Shown one piece after another: positions 9,964 to 18,018 of a DNA stretch of 64,000 nt. The stretch spans positions 256,001 to 320,000 of the forward strand of contig CP010425.1 in NCBI GenBank assembly GCA_000830295.1, in the 5' to 3' direction. Position 1 is the first letter of the stretch, and each line of letters begins with the position of its first letter. The notes below the pieces were generated by a model, which was given only the letters and a program-made list of their open reading frames with translations, was not told the origin of the DNA and made no database searches. The translations under genes were made by a program, and so were the position numbers. Source of the DNA: an archaeon GW2011_AR15 (lineage in GTDB: Archaea; Nanobdellota; Nanobdellia; Woesearchaeales; GW2011-AR15).

Positions 9964-10416
9964 TCACTTGCTTTTAGAATTCTCATACTGCCTTATTTTT
10001 TCCAGCCTTCTTGCATGCCTCTTTTCATTGCTGAAATCAGTCTCAAGCCATGCCTTCAGTGCTTCTGCTGCTTTTTTCTCATCCATCCAGTCGCCTGAAA
10101 GTGCTATTATATTGGCATTATTGTGCTCCCTGCTGTGGACTGCTGACTTCTTGTCAAAAACTGCTGCTGCCCTAATCCCCCTGACCTTGTTCGCTGCTAT
10201 TACCATGCCTGCTGCTGACCTGCACAAAAGGATTCCCTTATTCCCTGAGCCTGCAGCAACCTTCTCTGCAACTTTGAGCGCATAATCCGGATAATCGTCA
10301 TCCTTCTCATATTTCAGATTGCCCAAATCCATGAATTCATGGCCTGATTTTTCAAGAAATTTTTTTATGTGCTCTTTCAGCTCAAATCCGCCATGGTCAG
10401 AACCTATGTATATCAT
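9964..10416 (-). CDS. rpiB: Ribose-5-phosphate isomerase B
   Basis: GSDHGG, DYPD, GILLC, ANKVRGIRA, REHNNANI, RHARR. Confidence 0.96.
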   Translation of the reverse strand: MIYIGSDHGGFELKEHIKKFLEKSGHEFMDLGNLKYEKDDDYPDYALKVAEKVAAGSGNKGILLCRSAAGMVIAANKVRGIRAAAVFDKKSAVHSREHNNANIIALSGDWMDEKKAAEALKAWLETDFSNEKRHARRLEKIRQYENSKSK

Positions 10417-10500
10417 GGCAGAAATTAACCCTGCTGCTTATATATAATTTTCTATTCTATCTCGAAAGTTATTTAAATTTATACCTAATCCAAAGCCGTG

Positions 10501-10563
10501 TGCCTCAGTATAGCAAACTGAAAGTTTGCTTATCTGAGATTTTGTTTAAAAAATGCCTCAGTA
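10501..10563 (+). repeat. Duplicated tRNA 5' end (TGCCTCAGTA x2, 53 bp apart) around a GAA-loop hairpin
   Basis: Copies at 10501-10510 and 10554-10563; perfect stem AGCAAACT-GAA-AGTTTGCT at 10512-10530. Confidence 0.85.
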
Positions 10564-10642
10564 GCTTAGCAGGTGGAGCGGTCGGCTGTTAACACCTATG
10601 AAAGAAACCGACAGGTCACCAGTTCAAATCTGGTCTGAGGCG
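10555..10642 (+). tRNA. tRNA-Asn(GTT) with 15-nt intron at 37/38 (10592-10606)
   Basis: Acceptor GCCTCAG/CTGAGGC, D arm GCTT/GAGC, anticodon stem GTCGG/CCGAC with CT-GTT-A, T arm ACCAG-TTCAAAT-CTGGT; 73 nt mature; CCA not encoded. Confidence 0.95.
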
Positions 10643-10729
10643 CTTTTTTTTCTATGTGGGCTTGAACGAAGTGAAACCCACCTGTTTCGTTCAACCATTT
10701 CTTAAAGGGTTGGTCTGAGGCGCTTTTTT
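10631..10729 (+). repeat. Duplicated tRNA 3' end (19-bp TGGTCTGAGGCGCTTTTTT, 80 bp apart) flanking a structured 61-bp insert
   Basis: Identical copies at 10631-10649 and 10711-10729; internal inverted repeats GTGGG/CCCAC and TTGAACGAA/TTCGTTCAA. Confidence 0.9.
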
Positions 10730-10730
10730 C

Positions 10731-11366
10731 CTAGCAGTTTATCCTGTTTGGCTCTCCCACAGTGCACACTATCCTGTCATTTGAGACTACATAAGAATCA
10801 ATATTTTGGTCGTCTATCTTGTTTTTGCAGCATATGTTGTTTGCTGAAGTCTGCACTATAGTCTCGTGCCTTCCAACAAGCTCCTGGTAATCTGCTTTCA
10901 GCTGGTTCAGCTCTACCTCTGCCTGGCTCCTGTTCTCCTGGTATCTCCTCTCCACCTCTGTCATGTTCCTGCTGTATTCTGACTGCAGCTGCTCTATATC
11001 AGACAGAAGCTTCAGGTTTGCTGACTGGCACAGGAAGGTCCTGTTTTTCTCATTTCTCAGCTCTGCAACAGTCTCATTGTTCACTATCCTGCAGCTTTCA
11101 AGCTGCGTCTCGGCAAAAAGCACGTCTGATTTCAGCGTGTCAAGCTCGCTCATTATGTTTTCCACATCCAGGCCAATCCTCTCAAAATCTTTTGACAGCC
11201 TGTAACCTATGAATGCCGGCCTGATTATTATGATCATTATAAGAACAAGGACTATAAGAAGAATGATGGCAAGGCTTATGTGGTGGTGATGCACAGCCAC
11301 ATGCGTCCGCCTCTTAAGCGGCTGCATTGGCGGTACTGGTCCACTTGTTTTCTTGATTGGTTCCAC
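10731..11366 (-). CDS. Membrane-anchored coiled-coil protein
   Basis: N-terminal TM helix after a His cluster, long heptad region, Cys-containing C-terminus; GTG start. Confidence 0.8.
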   Translation of the reverse strand: MEPIKKTSGPVPPMQPLKRRTHVAVHHHHISLAIILLIVLVLIMIIIIRPAFIGYRLSKDFERIGLDVENIMSELDTLKSDVLFAETQLESCRIVNNETVAELRNEKNRTFLCQSANLKLLSDIEQLQSEYSRNMTEVERRYQENRSQAEVELNQLKADYQELVGRHETIVQTSANNICCKNKIDDQNIDSYVVSNDRIVCTVGEPNRINC

Positions 11367-11415
11367 ACAGAATCACTAGATTATCCTGTATATTTCCACT
11401 ATATAAATCTTCTCT

Positions 11416-13611
11416 CTATCCTGTCAGGACCAGGCCGGAAACGACTGTAGCTGCAATTATGTTGAACATCATTATGACAGCGAATGCTATTGCGCTGTAG
11501 AGGACTCCGCTCTTTCTTATGAAATTGCCGAGCATAAATCTCTCATTCAGCGGGTCATATCCGTTTTCTATTGTATTGAGCATTGTTGTAAGAAGATATG
11601 TTATCTGGACGACATAGATGCCGACAACTATCTGGAAATAGAAGGTAGGGATGCTGTCGCTGAAAAGCTCAAGAAGCCCTGTTGTTGTTCCTGCGACATT
11701 TGAGCTTGAGAATGATGTTACCTGGTTGCCGAGCGTGATAAGGATCGTAGTTATCATGGAGGTAAGCCCTATGACAATCCCTGAGATAAGCGGTGCCAGG
11801 AAATTTATCTGCGAGCGCATGCTGCTGGTTATCTCTGACATCAGGTCCTTAAGCCTCTCATCCACCCTGTGCATCTCCTTTATGTATGTGGAGATGTTTA
11901 TGAGGGACTGCGATGCTATCTCTGGCCCTTTTTTTGCGCTCTCGACGAAAACCTTCATTGAGCTTTCTATAAGTGCAGAGGGGAACTTTGTTATTGCCCC
12001 GTGCTTCGGGTCAAATATTGCGTCCTCGACGCCCATGCCTAGAGTGCTGAGGTTCGTTGTCACCAGGTCAAAAAACTGCCCTGATTTTGTGCCTTCCATT
12101 ATGTGCGAGACCTTGCTGAAGGCTATCTCTGCAGGCAGGCCGTCTCCGATCCTGTTTCCCAGCTGGAATATCGCAGCTGCAAACTCGTTCTCAAGTGCTT
12201 TTGTCTCCGCCCTTATCTTAACAAGCTTCTTTGTCCTTGCCGTGAAATAGAACGCCATTGCAAGCGCCAGCCCAAGAGGGATGAATATGCTTATCAGTGT
12301 CGCGCCAAGGCCATAAGGCCCGAGCAGCTGAGTGCCGTCCTTGCTCTCTTTGTATCCCAGGAAGGTAAATTTTGCTGCCTTCAGGGCTTCCGGGTCTGTC
12401 GTGCTTATTACCTGCCATTTCTCATTTACAATGATATCAAAGAACTGCCCGCTGACTGTGGAGGTAAGATGAAGGATAAGGGGCATAATTCCTATTACAA
12501 GAAATACAAGGAATATTATTGCTGAAATCCATATCGGGTTGAATGATACCTCTTTTTTCCCGAGCTTCATGGTAAGCATCGTATGCTTTTTCAGCTCCGG
12601 GTTGACTTCCGTGATATCAGCCTGGCCATAGCCTGTCGGCCTTGTTGAAAGTATTTTCTTGCCAAGATACCAGACACTAAGGGGAAGGAAGACATTGTAA
12701 AGCACAGAAATATGGTACCACTGCACATTCTCCATGAAGCTCACAACAAGAGGAAGGATAACAAGCCCGAGTATAGGCAGTATCACCCCAAGCATGTGGA
12801 GCATTGTTATAGGCTCTTTCAGGTCCTGGGCAAAATGGAACATTTTTTCATATGTAGCCTCAAGTATAAGTGAAAGCGATTTTTCAAGCGCTTCCTGCCT
12901 CTTCTTCTCTGACGGCTCCAGCAGGGAAGACTGGATAAGGTGTATGCTCTCGACAAACTCAGGTGTGTATTTTTTCCACCTGCTGAGGTAATCGTCAAGG
13001 CTGTCCTTCACGGATTTGAACTTGGAGGACTCTACATTCCACATTATTTTCTTGAAATCAAGGGACAGGGGTGGCGAAATGTGGTCAGATGCGAATTTTA
13101 TGGCCAGCTCAAGGTTGGAAGTGTGCCTCATGTACGAGACAATATAGAACACGGAAAGCACCATCTGGTTGCTTGCCTTCAGCCTCCAGTTGTTTGCCAG
13201 GAGCATCGGAAGTGTTGTAAGCGGCACTATAAGTATAAGCCCGAAAATAATGAACATGAACATAAAGAACATTGATGACCCTGGCGCAATCAGGGAGAAA
13301 AGAGTAAACGAAAGAGCTACGCCAAGAAGTATGAATGCTATCGGGAATAGTATTGCAAATGAGGTCACTCCCGCTGGGGTTGTGTTAAGGTGGCAGGTCT
13401 CAAGCGCTTCCTGCAGCTCAGCCAGCTTTTTTTTGTCAGGGCTCAGCTTTACAATATTTGAGCAGAAATTGCAGGCCTTCTCGTACAGGGTAAACCTGCC
13501 GGGCATCACCTCGCTCCTGAACTGGTTGTACTCCTCTGACTTTACGGACTCTGAATGAGATTCTGTAAATGCCTTTATTTCCTTTTTTAGCTCGTCCTCG
13601 CTAAGAACCAT
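11416..13611 (-). CDS. Type IV pilus/T2SS F-family membrane platform protein (fused TadB/TadC, FlaJ-like)
   Basis: 731 aa; two cytoplasmic domains (SNLELAIKF..., GLPAEIAF...) each followed by TM helices. Confidence 0.75.
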   Translation of the reverse strand: MVLSEDELKKEIKAFTESHSESVKSEEYNQFRSEVMPGRFTLYEKACNFCSNIVKLSPDKKKLAELQEALETCHLNTTPAGVTSFAILFPIAFILLGVALSFTLFSLIAPGSSMFFMFMFIIFGLILIVPLTTLPMLLANNWRLKASNQMVLSVFYIVSYMRHTSNLELAIKFASDHISPPLSLDFKKIMWNVESSKFKSVKDSLDDYLSRWKKYTPEFVESIHLIQSSLLEPSEKKRQEALEKSLSLILEATYEKMFHFAQDLKEPITMLHMLGVILPILGLVILPLVVSFMENVQWYHISVLYNVFLPLSVWYLGKKILSTRPTGYGQADITEVNPELKKHTMLTMKLGKKEVSFNPIWISAIIFLVFLVIGIMPLILHLTSTVSGQFFDIIVNEKWQVISTTDPEALKAAKFTFLGYKESKDGTQLLGPYGLGATLISIFIPLGLALAMAFYFTARTKKLVKIRAETKALENEFAAAIFQLGNRIGDGLPAEIAFSKVSHIMEGTKSGQFFDLVTTNLSTLGMGVEDAIFDPKHGAITKFPSALIESSMKVFVESAKKGPEIASQSLINISTYIKEMHRVDERLKDLMSEITSSMRSQINFLAPLISGIVIGLTSMITTILITLGNQVTSFSSSNVAGTTTGLLELFSDSIPTFYFQIVVGIYVVQITYLLTTMLNTIENGYDPLNERFMLGNFIRKSGVLYSAIAFAVIMMFNIIAATVVSGLVLTG

Positions 13612-13713
13612 AATTTACCTCTTTTTTCAGAGATAAATCAAAGCACTCTACTATAAAAGGGTTTCGAATCAGCAGCGAAACGTTTTAATATAAACAGCTA
13701 ATTTCACGTACAG

Positions 13714-14175
13714 ATGAACCTGAAAGAAACATACGGGAAACTTGAGAAAAAATACTCCCTGCCGGCATACTCTGAGCTGAACAGGGACTTTGACATTGAG
13801 GACATACTTCCTGAGACAGAAGTCATGCTCCAGAAAATAAGGGGAAAAATCACTGAGAAGCTTGAAGGCTACGCAGGGCTTATAGAATCTTTTGTCCAGC
13901 CTGACACAAACATGAAGGACATGTACGAGGCAAGGCACATGGATGATGCAGACAGGGAGCATGCCTATGCTTTGTTCAAGAAGATTATGCACATAATAAG
14001 GAGATCTGCCCTTACTGCCATCCAGAACACAGAGGAAGGCAATGCTTCATTCATAAAAGAATCATTCAGTGAATGGAATGCTCTTAAGAAGCAGATAGAG
14101 CCGCACATCAGGAAGCTGGAGGAAATCTGGAAAAAAGAGACAGATATAAAAACGGATCTGAGTTATTTTGGATAG
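13714..14175 (+). CDS. Hypothetical protein
   Basis: 153-aa helical ORF ending YFG, directly upstream of adk. Confidence 0.8.
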   Translation: MNLKETYGKLEKKYSLPAYSELNRDFDIEDILPETEVMLQKIRGKITEKLEGYAGLIESFVQPDTNMKDMYEARHMDDADREHAYALFKKIMHIIRRSALTAIQNTEEGNASFIKESFSEWNALKKQIEPHIRKLEEIWKKETDIKTDLSYFG

Positions 14176-14182
14176 TGAACTT

Positions 14183-14737
14183 ATGATGAGACTGGTGTTT
14201 TTGGGGCCTCCGGGCGCAGGAAAAGGGACACAGGCAAAAATACTTTCAGAGAGCCTTAATATCCCCCACATATCAACAGGCGATATCTTCAGGTATAATA
14301 TCGAGAACAAGACAGAGCTCGGAAGAGAGGCATCCGAGTTCATGAACAGGGGATTTCTTGTGCCTGACAAGATAACAAACGCCATGGTCCTCAACAGGCT
14401 CAGCATGGACGACTGCAAAAACGGATATATTCTGGACGGCTATCCAAGGACAATCAACCAGGCTGAATTTCTCGACAGCATGCAGGAAATCAATCATGCA
14501 GTCTATTTTTACCTGAGGGATGAAATTGCAATTGAAAGGCTGATGAGCAGGGCCAAGCAGGAATCAAGAAGCGATGACAGCCCCGAAGTCATAAAGAACA
14601 GGCTGCAGGTATACAAAGAGCAGACACAACCGCTTATTAACTACTATAAAGAAAGAGGTACACTTCTGGAGATTGACGCAGGAGCGGGTATAACCATGAT
14701 AAGCAAGGATGTCAGAAGGGCACTGAAGCTATCCTAA
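14183..14737 (+). CDS. adk: Adenylate kinase (bacterial-type, short LID)
   Basis: GPPGAGKGTQ, HISTGDIFR, LDGYPRT, RSDD. Confidence 0.96.
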   Translation: MMRLVFLGPPGAGKGTQAKILSESLNIPHISTGDIFRYNIENKTELGREASEFMNRGFLVPDKITNAMVLNRLSMDDCKNGYILDGYPRTINQAEFLDSMQEINHAVYFYLRDEIAIERLMSRAKQESRSDDSPEVIKNRLQVYKEQTQPLINYYKERGTLLEIDAGAGITMISKDVRRALKLS

Positions 14738-14749
14738 CTTATTTGAAGA

Positions 14750-15196
14750 ATGAAAATACTTTTTGTCTGCAAGGGCAACATGTTCAGGAGCCAGCTGGCA
14801 GAATATTTCTTCAATAAATCCGCAAAAAAACACAGGGCAGAAAGCGCAGGGATAAACGCAAGGTATGCTGGCATCAGGCTTTCAAGGCTTTACCACATTG
14901 AGAGCGGAAGGGCGAAGGACGCCGAGAAGTTCATTGCAGAGCTTGATAAGGAAATGCTTGAAAAAGTGCCGAAGCAGCTTACCCCTGAGATGATTGATGC
15001 GTCTGACAAGGTTGTTGTGCTGCTGGAATCAGAAAAGGAGATGCCGGATTACCTGAAAAATTCTCCAAAGCTGATATTCTGGAAGATGATAGACGGGATA
15101 AAGGAAGATGGAAGCACAAGGCCTTATGGTGAGCTGTGCAGGATAAGGGAGCAGATAAAGGAAAAAGTAGAGAAGCTTGTGAAAAGCATCAGCTGA
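14750..15196 (+). CDS. Low-molecular-weight phosphatase/arsenate reductase family protein
   Basis: ILFVCKGNMFRSQLAE (CX5R), SAG, KQLT. Confidence 0.9.
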   Translation: MKILFVCKGNMFRSQLAEYFFNKSAKKHRAESAGINARYAGIRLSRLYHIESGRAKDAEKFIAELDKEMLEKVPKQLTPEMIDASDKVVVLLESEKEMPDYLKNSPKLIFWKMIDGIKEDGSTRPYGELCRIREQIKEKVEKLVKSIS

Positions 15197-16178
15197 AAAT
15201 CCTCTTTATAACAATTGTTGCATAGCTCCCCTTCCCTAATTCAAACTTAATTGTGCATTTCTTCATGCCGTCATTAAGCTCATCTTTTTCCAGCTCCCCA
15301 ACCTCCATGTTCCTGACTTCTGCAGCTAAATTTCTTGAAGCGCCCATCGGCGTCACATCTGGGATGTTCCTTATAACAAAATCCCTCAGTTCAAGCCCGC
15401 TTCTTTCAAGGGTTTCCTGATAAAGTTTTTCAATTTCCTGGTCTGTGAACTCGGTATCAAACGCAAGGAGCGGGATCTCTATATCCTTTATTTTCTTACG
15501 GGGGAAAATAAATCTGCCGTGCCTGTATTCAGCTTCAGAGAAATTTTCTGAATGGTGCTTTACATATCCTGCAGCAACCTCATTCCACAGGTAGCTCTGC
15601 ACAGCATGGAGGTATAGCTTTAGTATCTTGTGCGGAATCTTCCTTATTGCTCCGATAAAATCATTTTTGCTGTGCAGAAGATGCATGCTTACTTCAGGAT
15701 GGTCCATCATTGACGCTGCCTTTTCAAAATTTTTTTTCAGGATTGCAAGTCCGATTTCAAGGTTGTTTCTGCCGAAGCGCTGCTCGCCAAAATAATTTAT
15801 TATGGAATCCGTCTTCTCGGGTGGCCTCTTTATTTTTCTTATAGTTATTGTAAATTTATTTCCTCTCAGGTCGCCAAGGGAGATGGGTTTTCTGCCATGG
15901 CCGGCAATCTTTGTTTTGTATCTGCCGAAATCTTTGTCCGCTATCTCCCCTTTTACAGAGCAATACTGCCTTGTAACTGCGTTCCTGTCTTTTGTCCCTG
16001 CATAGCTGAAATTTTTTCTCGGAATCCTGAAATCTGCAGAAAGCTCCTGTATAGCTTCCTCTGTGTTGCATGCTTTTTTTTCCAGGAGAAAATAGGTATA
16101 CGGGCCTTCACCGCCAAAATCATGCAGTGGAATCTCCTCTACTATAAAATCCTCAGGGATTTGTTTTATCATGCGCAT
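15189..16178 (-). CDS. truD: tRNA pseudouridine(13) synthase TruD
   Basis: PEDFIVEE, YAGTKDRNAVTRQ, GNKFTI, NYFGEQRFG, FELGKGSYAT. Confidence 0.96.
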   Translation of the reverse strand: MRMIKQIPEDFIVEEIPLHDFGGEGPYTYFLLEKKACNTEEAIQELSADFRIPRKNFSYAGTKDRNAVTRQYCSVKGEIADKDFGRYKTKIAGHGRKPISLGDLRGNKFTITIRKIKRPPEKTDSIINYFGEQRFGRNNLEIGLAILKKNFEKAASMMDHPEVSMHLLHSKNDFIGAIRKIPHKILKLYLHAVQSYLWNEVAAGYVKHHSENFSEAEYRHGRFIFPRKKIKDIEIPLLAFDTEFTDQEIEKLYQETLERSGLELRDFVIRNIPDVTPMGASRNLAAEVRNMEVGELEKDELNDGMKKCTIKFELGKGSYATIVIKRIFS

Positions 16179-16225
16179 CTGTAAAGGCAATATTTATATA
16201 AAAATAAGCTTTTGGTAATATTGTA

Positions 16226-16765
16226 ATGAATGAGAATGTCAGGAAGGAGATAATAGATGTCCTGAAGGGATCAATAAAGATTGTAAAGCAGGACCAGTTA
16301 TTCAGGTTAAGGGAGCTGAGCGACCGCATTATCGAGACTGCTGCTGTCTACCAGGACAGGGAGTCAATAGGCGTTGCGGTGCTGATATATTCTTTGTCAA
16401 AAATATACAGGAGCAAAGATGATGTCGATAATTTTGTGCTCCCGCATCTTGCAGATGCCCTGAAAGCCCTGGAAAAGGATAATCTTGTAAGGTATGAAGC
16501 AGAGATAGACCATATAATAAAAGATATGTCTGAGAAAGACAGCAAGACCAAATTCTATGTTCAGGAAGTTCTCCAGAGGGCTGAAATAAAAAAGGGCTCA
16601 AAAATGTTTGAGCAGGGAATTTCAATGGGTCAGGCTGCGGAAGCCCTTAATGTCTCTATCTGGGACCTTATGGATTATGTCGGCAAGACAAGGATAATTG
16701 ATGAATTCGGCCACAAAACTAATGTAAAGAGCAAGATTGAATTTACAAGGAGGCTTTTCAAATGA
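16226..16765 (+). CDS. Hypothetical protein with C-terminal UPF0175-like HTH
   Basis: GISMGQAAEALNVSIWDLMDY resembles the UPF0175 antitoxin HTH; upstream of a PIN gene. Confidence 0.75.
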   Translation: MNENVRKEIIDVLKGSIKIVKQDQLFRLRELSDRIIETAAVYQDRESIGVAVLIYSLSKIYRSKDDVDNFVLPHLADALKALEKDNLVRYEAEIDHIIKDMSEKDSKTKFYVQEVLQRAEIKKGSKMFEQGISMGQAAEALNVSIWDLMDYVGKTRIIDEFGHKTNVKSKIEFTRRLFK

Positions 16766-16776
16766 AGGCATTAGTC

Positions 16777-16881
16777 TTTGACACTTTGACGAAGGAAAAG
16801 TCCGAAAATCAGGAGGAGTATCTATGATACGAGGAGTGATTTTTGACACTTTGACGAAGGAAAAGTCCAAAAATCAGGAGG
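16777..16881 (+). repeat. Two 40-bp direct repeats (period 65 bp) carrying a hairpin and AGGAGG RBS, interleaved with alternative PIN-gene starts
   Basis: TTTGACACTTTGACGAAGGAAAAGTCC(G/A)AAAATCAGGAGG at 16777-16816 and 16842-16881, one mismatch. Confidence 0.95.
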
Positions 16882-16888
16882 GCATATC

Positions 16889-17581
16889 ATGGTAAAAGCC
16901 CTTGTTTTCGATACCGGCCCTCTTATCTCCCTTGCACTGAACAATCTTCTCTGGGTGCTTAAGCCCCTGAAAGAGAAGTTTGGCGGAGAATTCTATATTA
17001 CCCCCTCTGTGAAAAAGGAGGTTGTAGAGAAGCCGCTGACAACAAAGAGATACAAGTTTGAGGCCCTCCAGGTCTTAAGCCTTGTGGAGACAGGAGTGCT
17101 GAAAGTCTATGATTCCCCTGATCTCAGGAAAGAAGCCCTTTCGCTGCTGGATTCAGCCAACAGCCTATTCATGGCAGACGGGAATTATGTAAAAAATGTG
17201 CAGTACGCTGAGATAGAATCCGTCATGGCTGCAAAGCTTCTTCATGCTGATGCCGTGGTGGTAGATGAATTCATAACAAGGGCGCTTCTGGAAAATCCTG
17301 AAGCTGTTGAGCAAAGAATGGAAAAAAGGTTTCACAGGAACATAGATGCTGACAAAAAAAATATAGACGCGTTTTCCAGGCGGGTGTCAGGTATAAATGT
17401 TATAAGGTCATTTGAGCTGATTGCTGTAGCCTACGAGAAAGGATTATTCAGAGAGTATTACCTGAAGCTTGACAACCCGAAAGAAACCCTGCTTGACGGG
17501 CTGCTGTGGGGGCTAAAGCTCAACGGCTGCTCTGTAACTGAGCAGGAAATAGCTGAAATCAAGAAATTAGAGGGCTTTTAG
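16889..17581 (+). CDS. PIN-domain protein (DUF3368/VapC-like)
   Basis: VFDTGPLI, ITPSV.KE, AEIES, VVDE acidic PIN motifs. Confidence 0.85.
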   Translation: MVKALVFDTGPLISLALNNLLWVLKPLKEKFGGEFYITPSVKKEVVEKPLTTKRYKFEALQVLSLVETGVLKVYDSPDLRKEALSLLDSANSLFMADGNYVKNVQYAEIESVMAAKLLHADAVVVDEFITRALLENPEAVEQRMEKRFHRNIDADKKNIDAFSRRVSGINVIRSFELIAVAYEKGLFREYYLKLDNPKETLLDGLLWGLKLNGCSVTEQEIAEIKKLEGF

Positions 17582-17695
17582 CGTTTTCTCCTCTATTTTA
17601 CCATAAAATTTATAAATATCACGCCCTCATGTTATAGACGGGGGGAGATAGTTTGTATTTTTCCCACATTGTCAATAAAACGGAGGTAAAGTTAA

Positions 17696-17929
17696 ATGGC
17701 AGAAAAAGTTGCTAAAGCAGGAGTTAGGAAAGAGAAAGGATATCTGTATTTCGTAGATAAGCACGGAGATATCTCAAGAGCCAAAATGTCAAGAGGCGGA
17801 AGAAAAAAGGGCGGCTCAGGAACACAGAAAGTCGCTAAAGTAGGCGTCAAGAAAGCAAGTGGCTATCTATATTTTGTAGACAAGCACGGAGACGTTTCAA
17901 GAGCCAAGATGGCAAGGGGAAGGAGATAA
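17696..17929 (+). CDS. Small basic protein with internal tandem duplication
   Basis: KVAK.GV.K..GYLYFVDKHGD.SRAKM.RG twice; GGAGGT RBS; oligo-T tract downstream. Confidence 0.9.
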   Translation: MAEKVAKAGVRKEKGYLYFVDKHGDISRAKMSRGGRKKGGSGTQKVAKVGVKKASGYLYFVDKHGDVSRAKMARGRR

Positions 17930-17960
17930 ATTCTTTATTCTCTTTTTTTTCTTTTTTATA
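17930..17960 (+). terminator. Oligo-T archaeal terminator
   Basis: TTCTTTATTCTCTTTTTTTTCTTTTTT immediately after the stop codon. Confidence 0.55.
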
Positions 17961-18018
17961 TAATTACGGTGAAATTTTTTGGCATAATCTTAAATACAAC
18001 ATTTGATTTCAGGACTCC

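Noticed and set aside
16777-16881. Repeat-spacer-repeat read as a CRISPR array
   Set aside because: Only two 40-bp repeats, the 25-bp spacer is a gene start, and there are no cas genes in the window.
17696-17929. Identification as crenarchaeal chromatin protein CC1 or Cren7
   Set aside because: The sequence does not match those families as I recall them; left unnamed.
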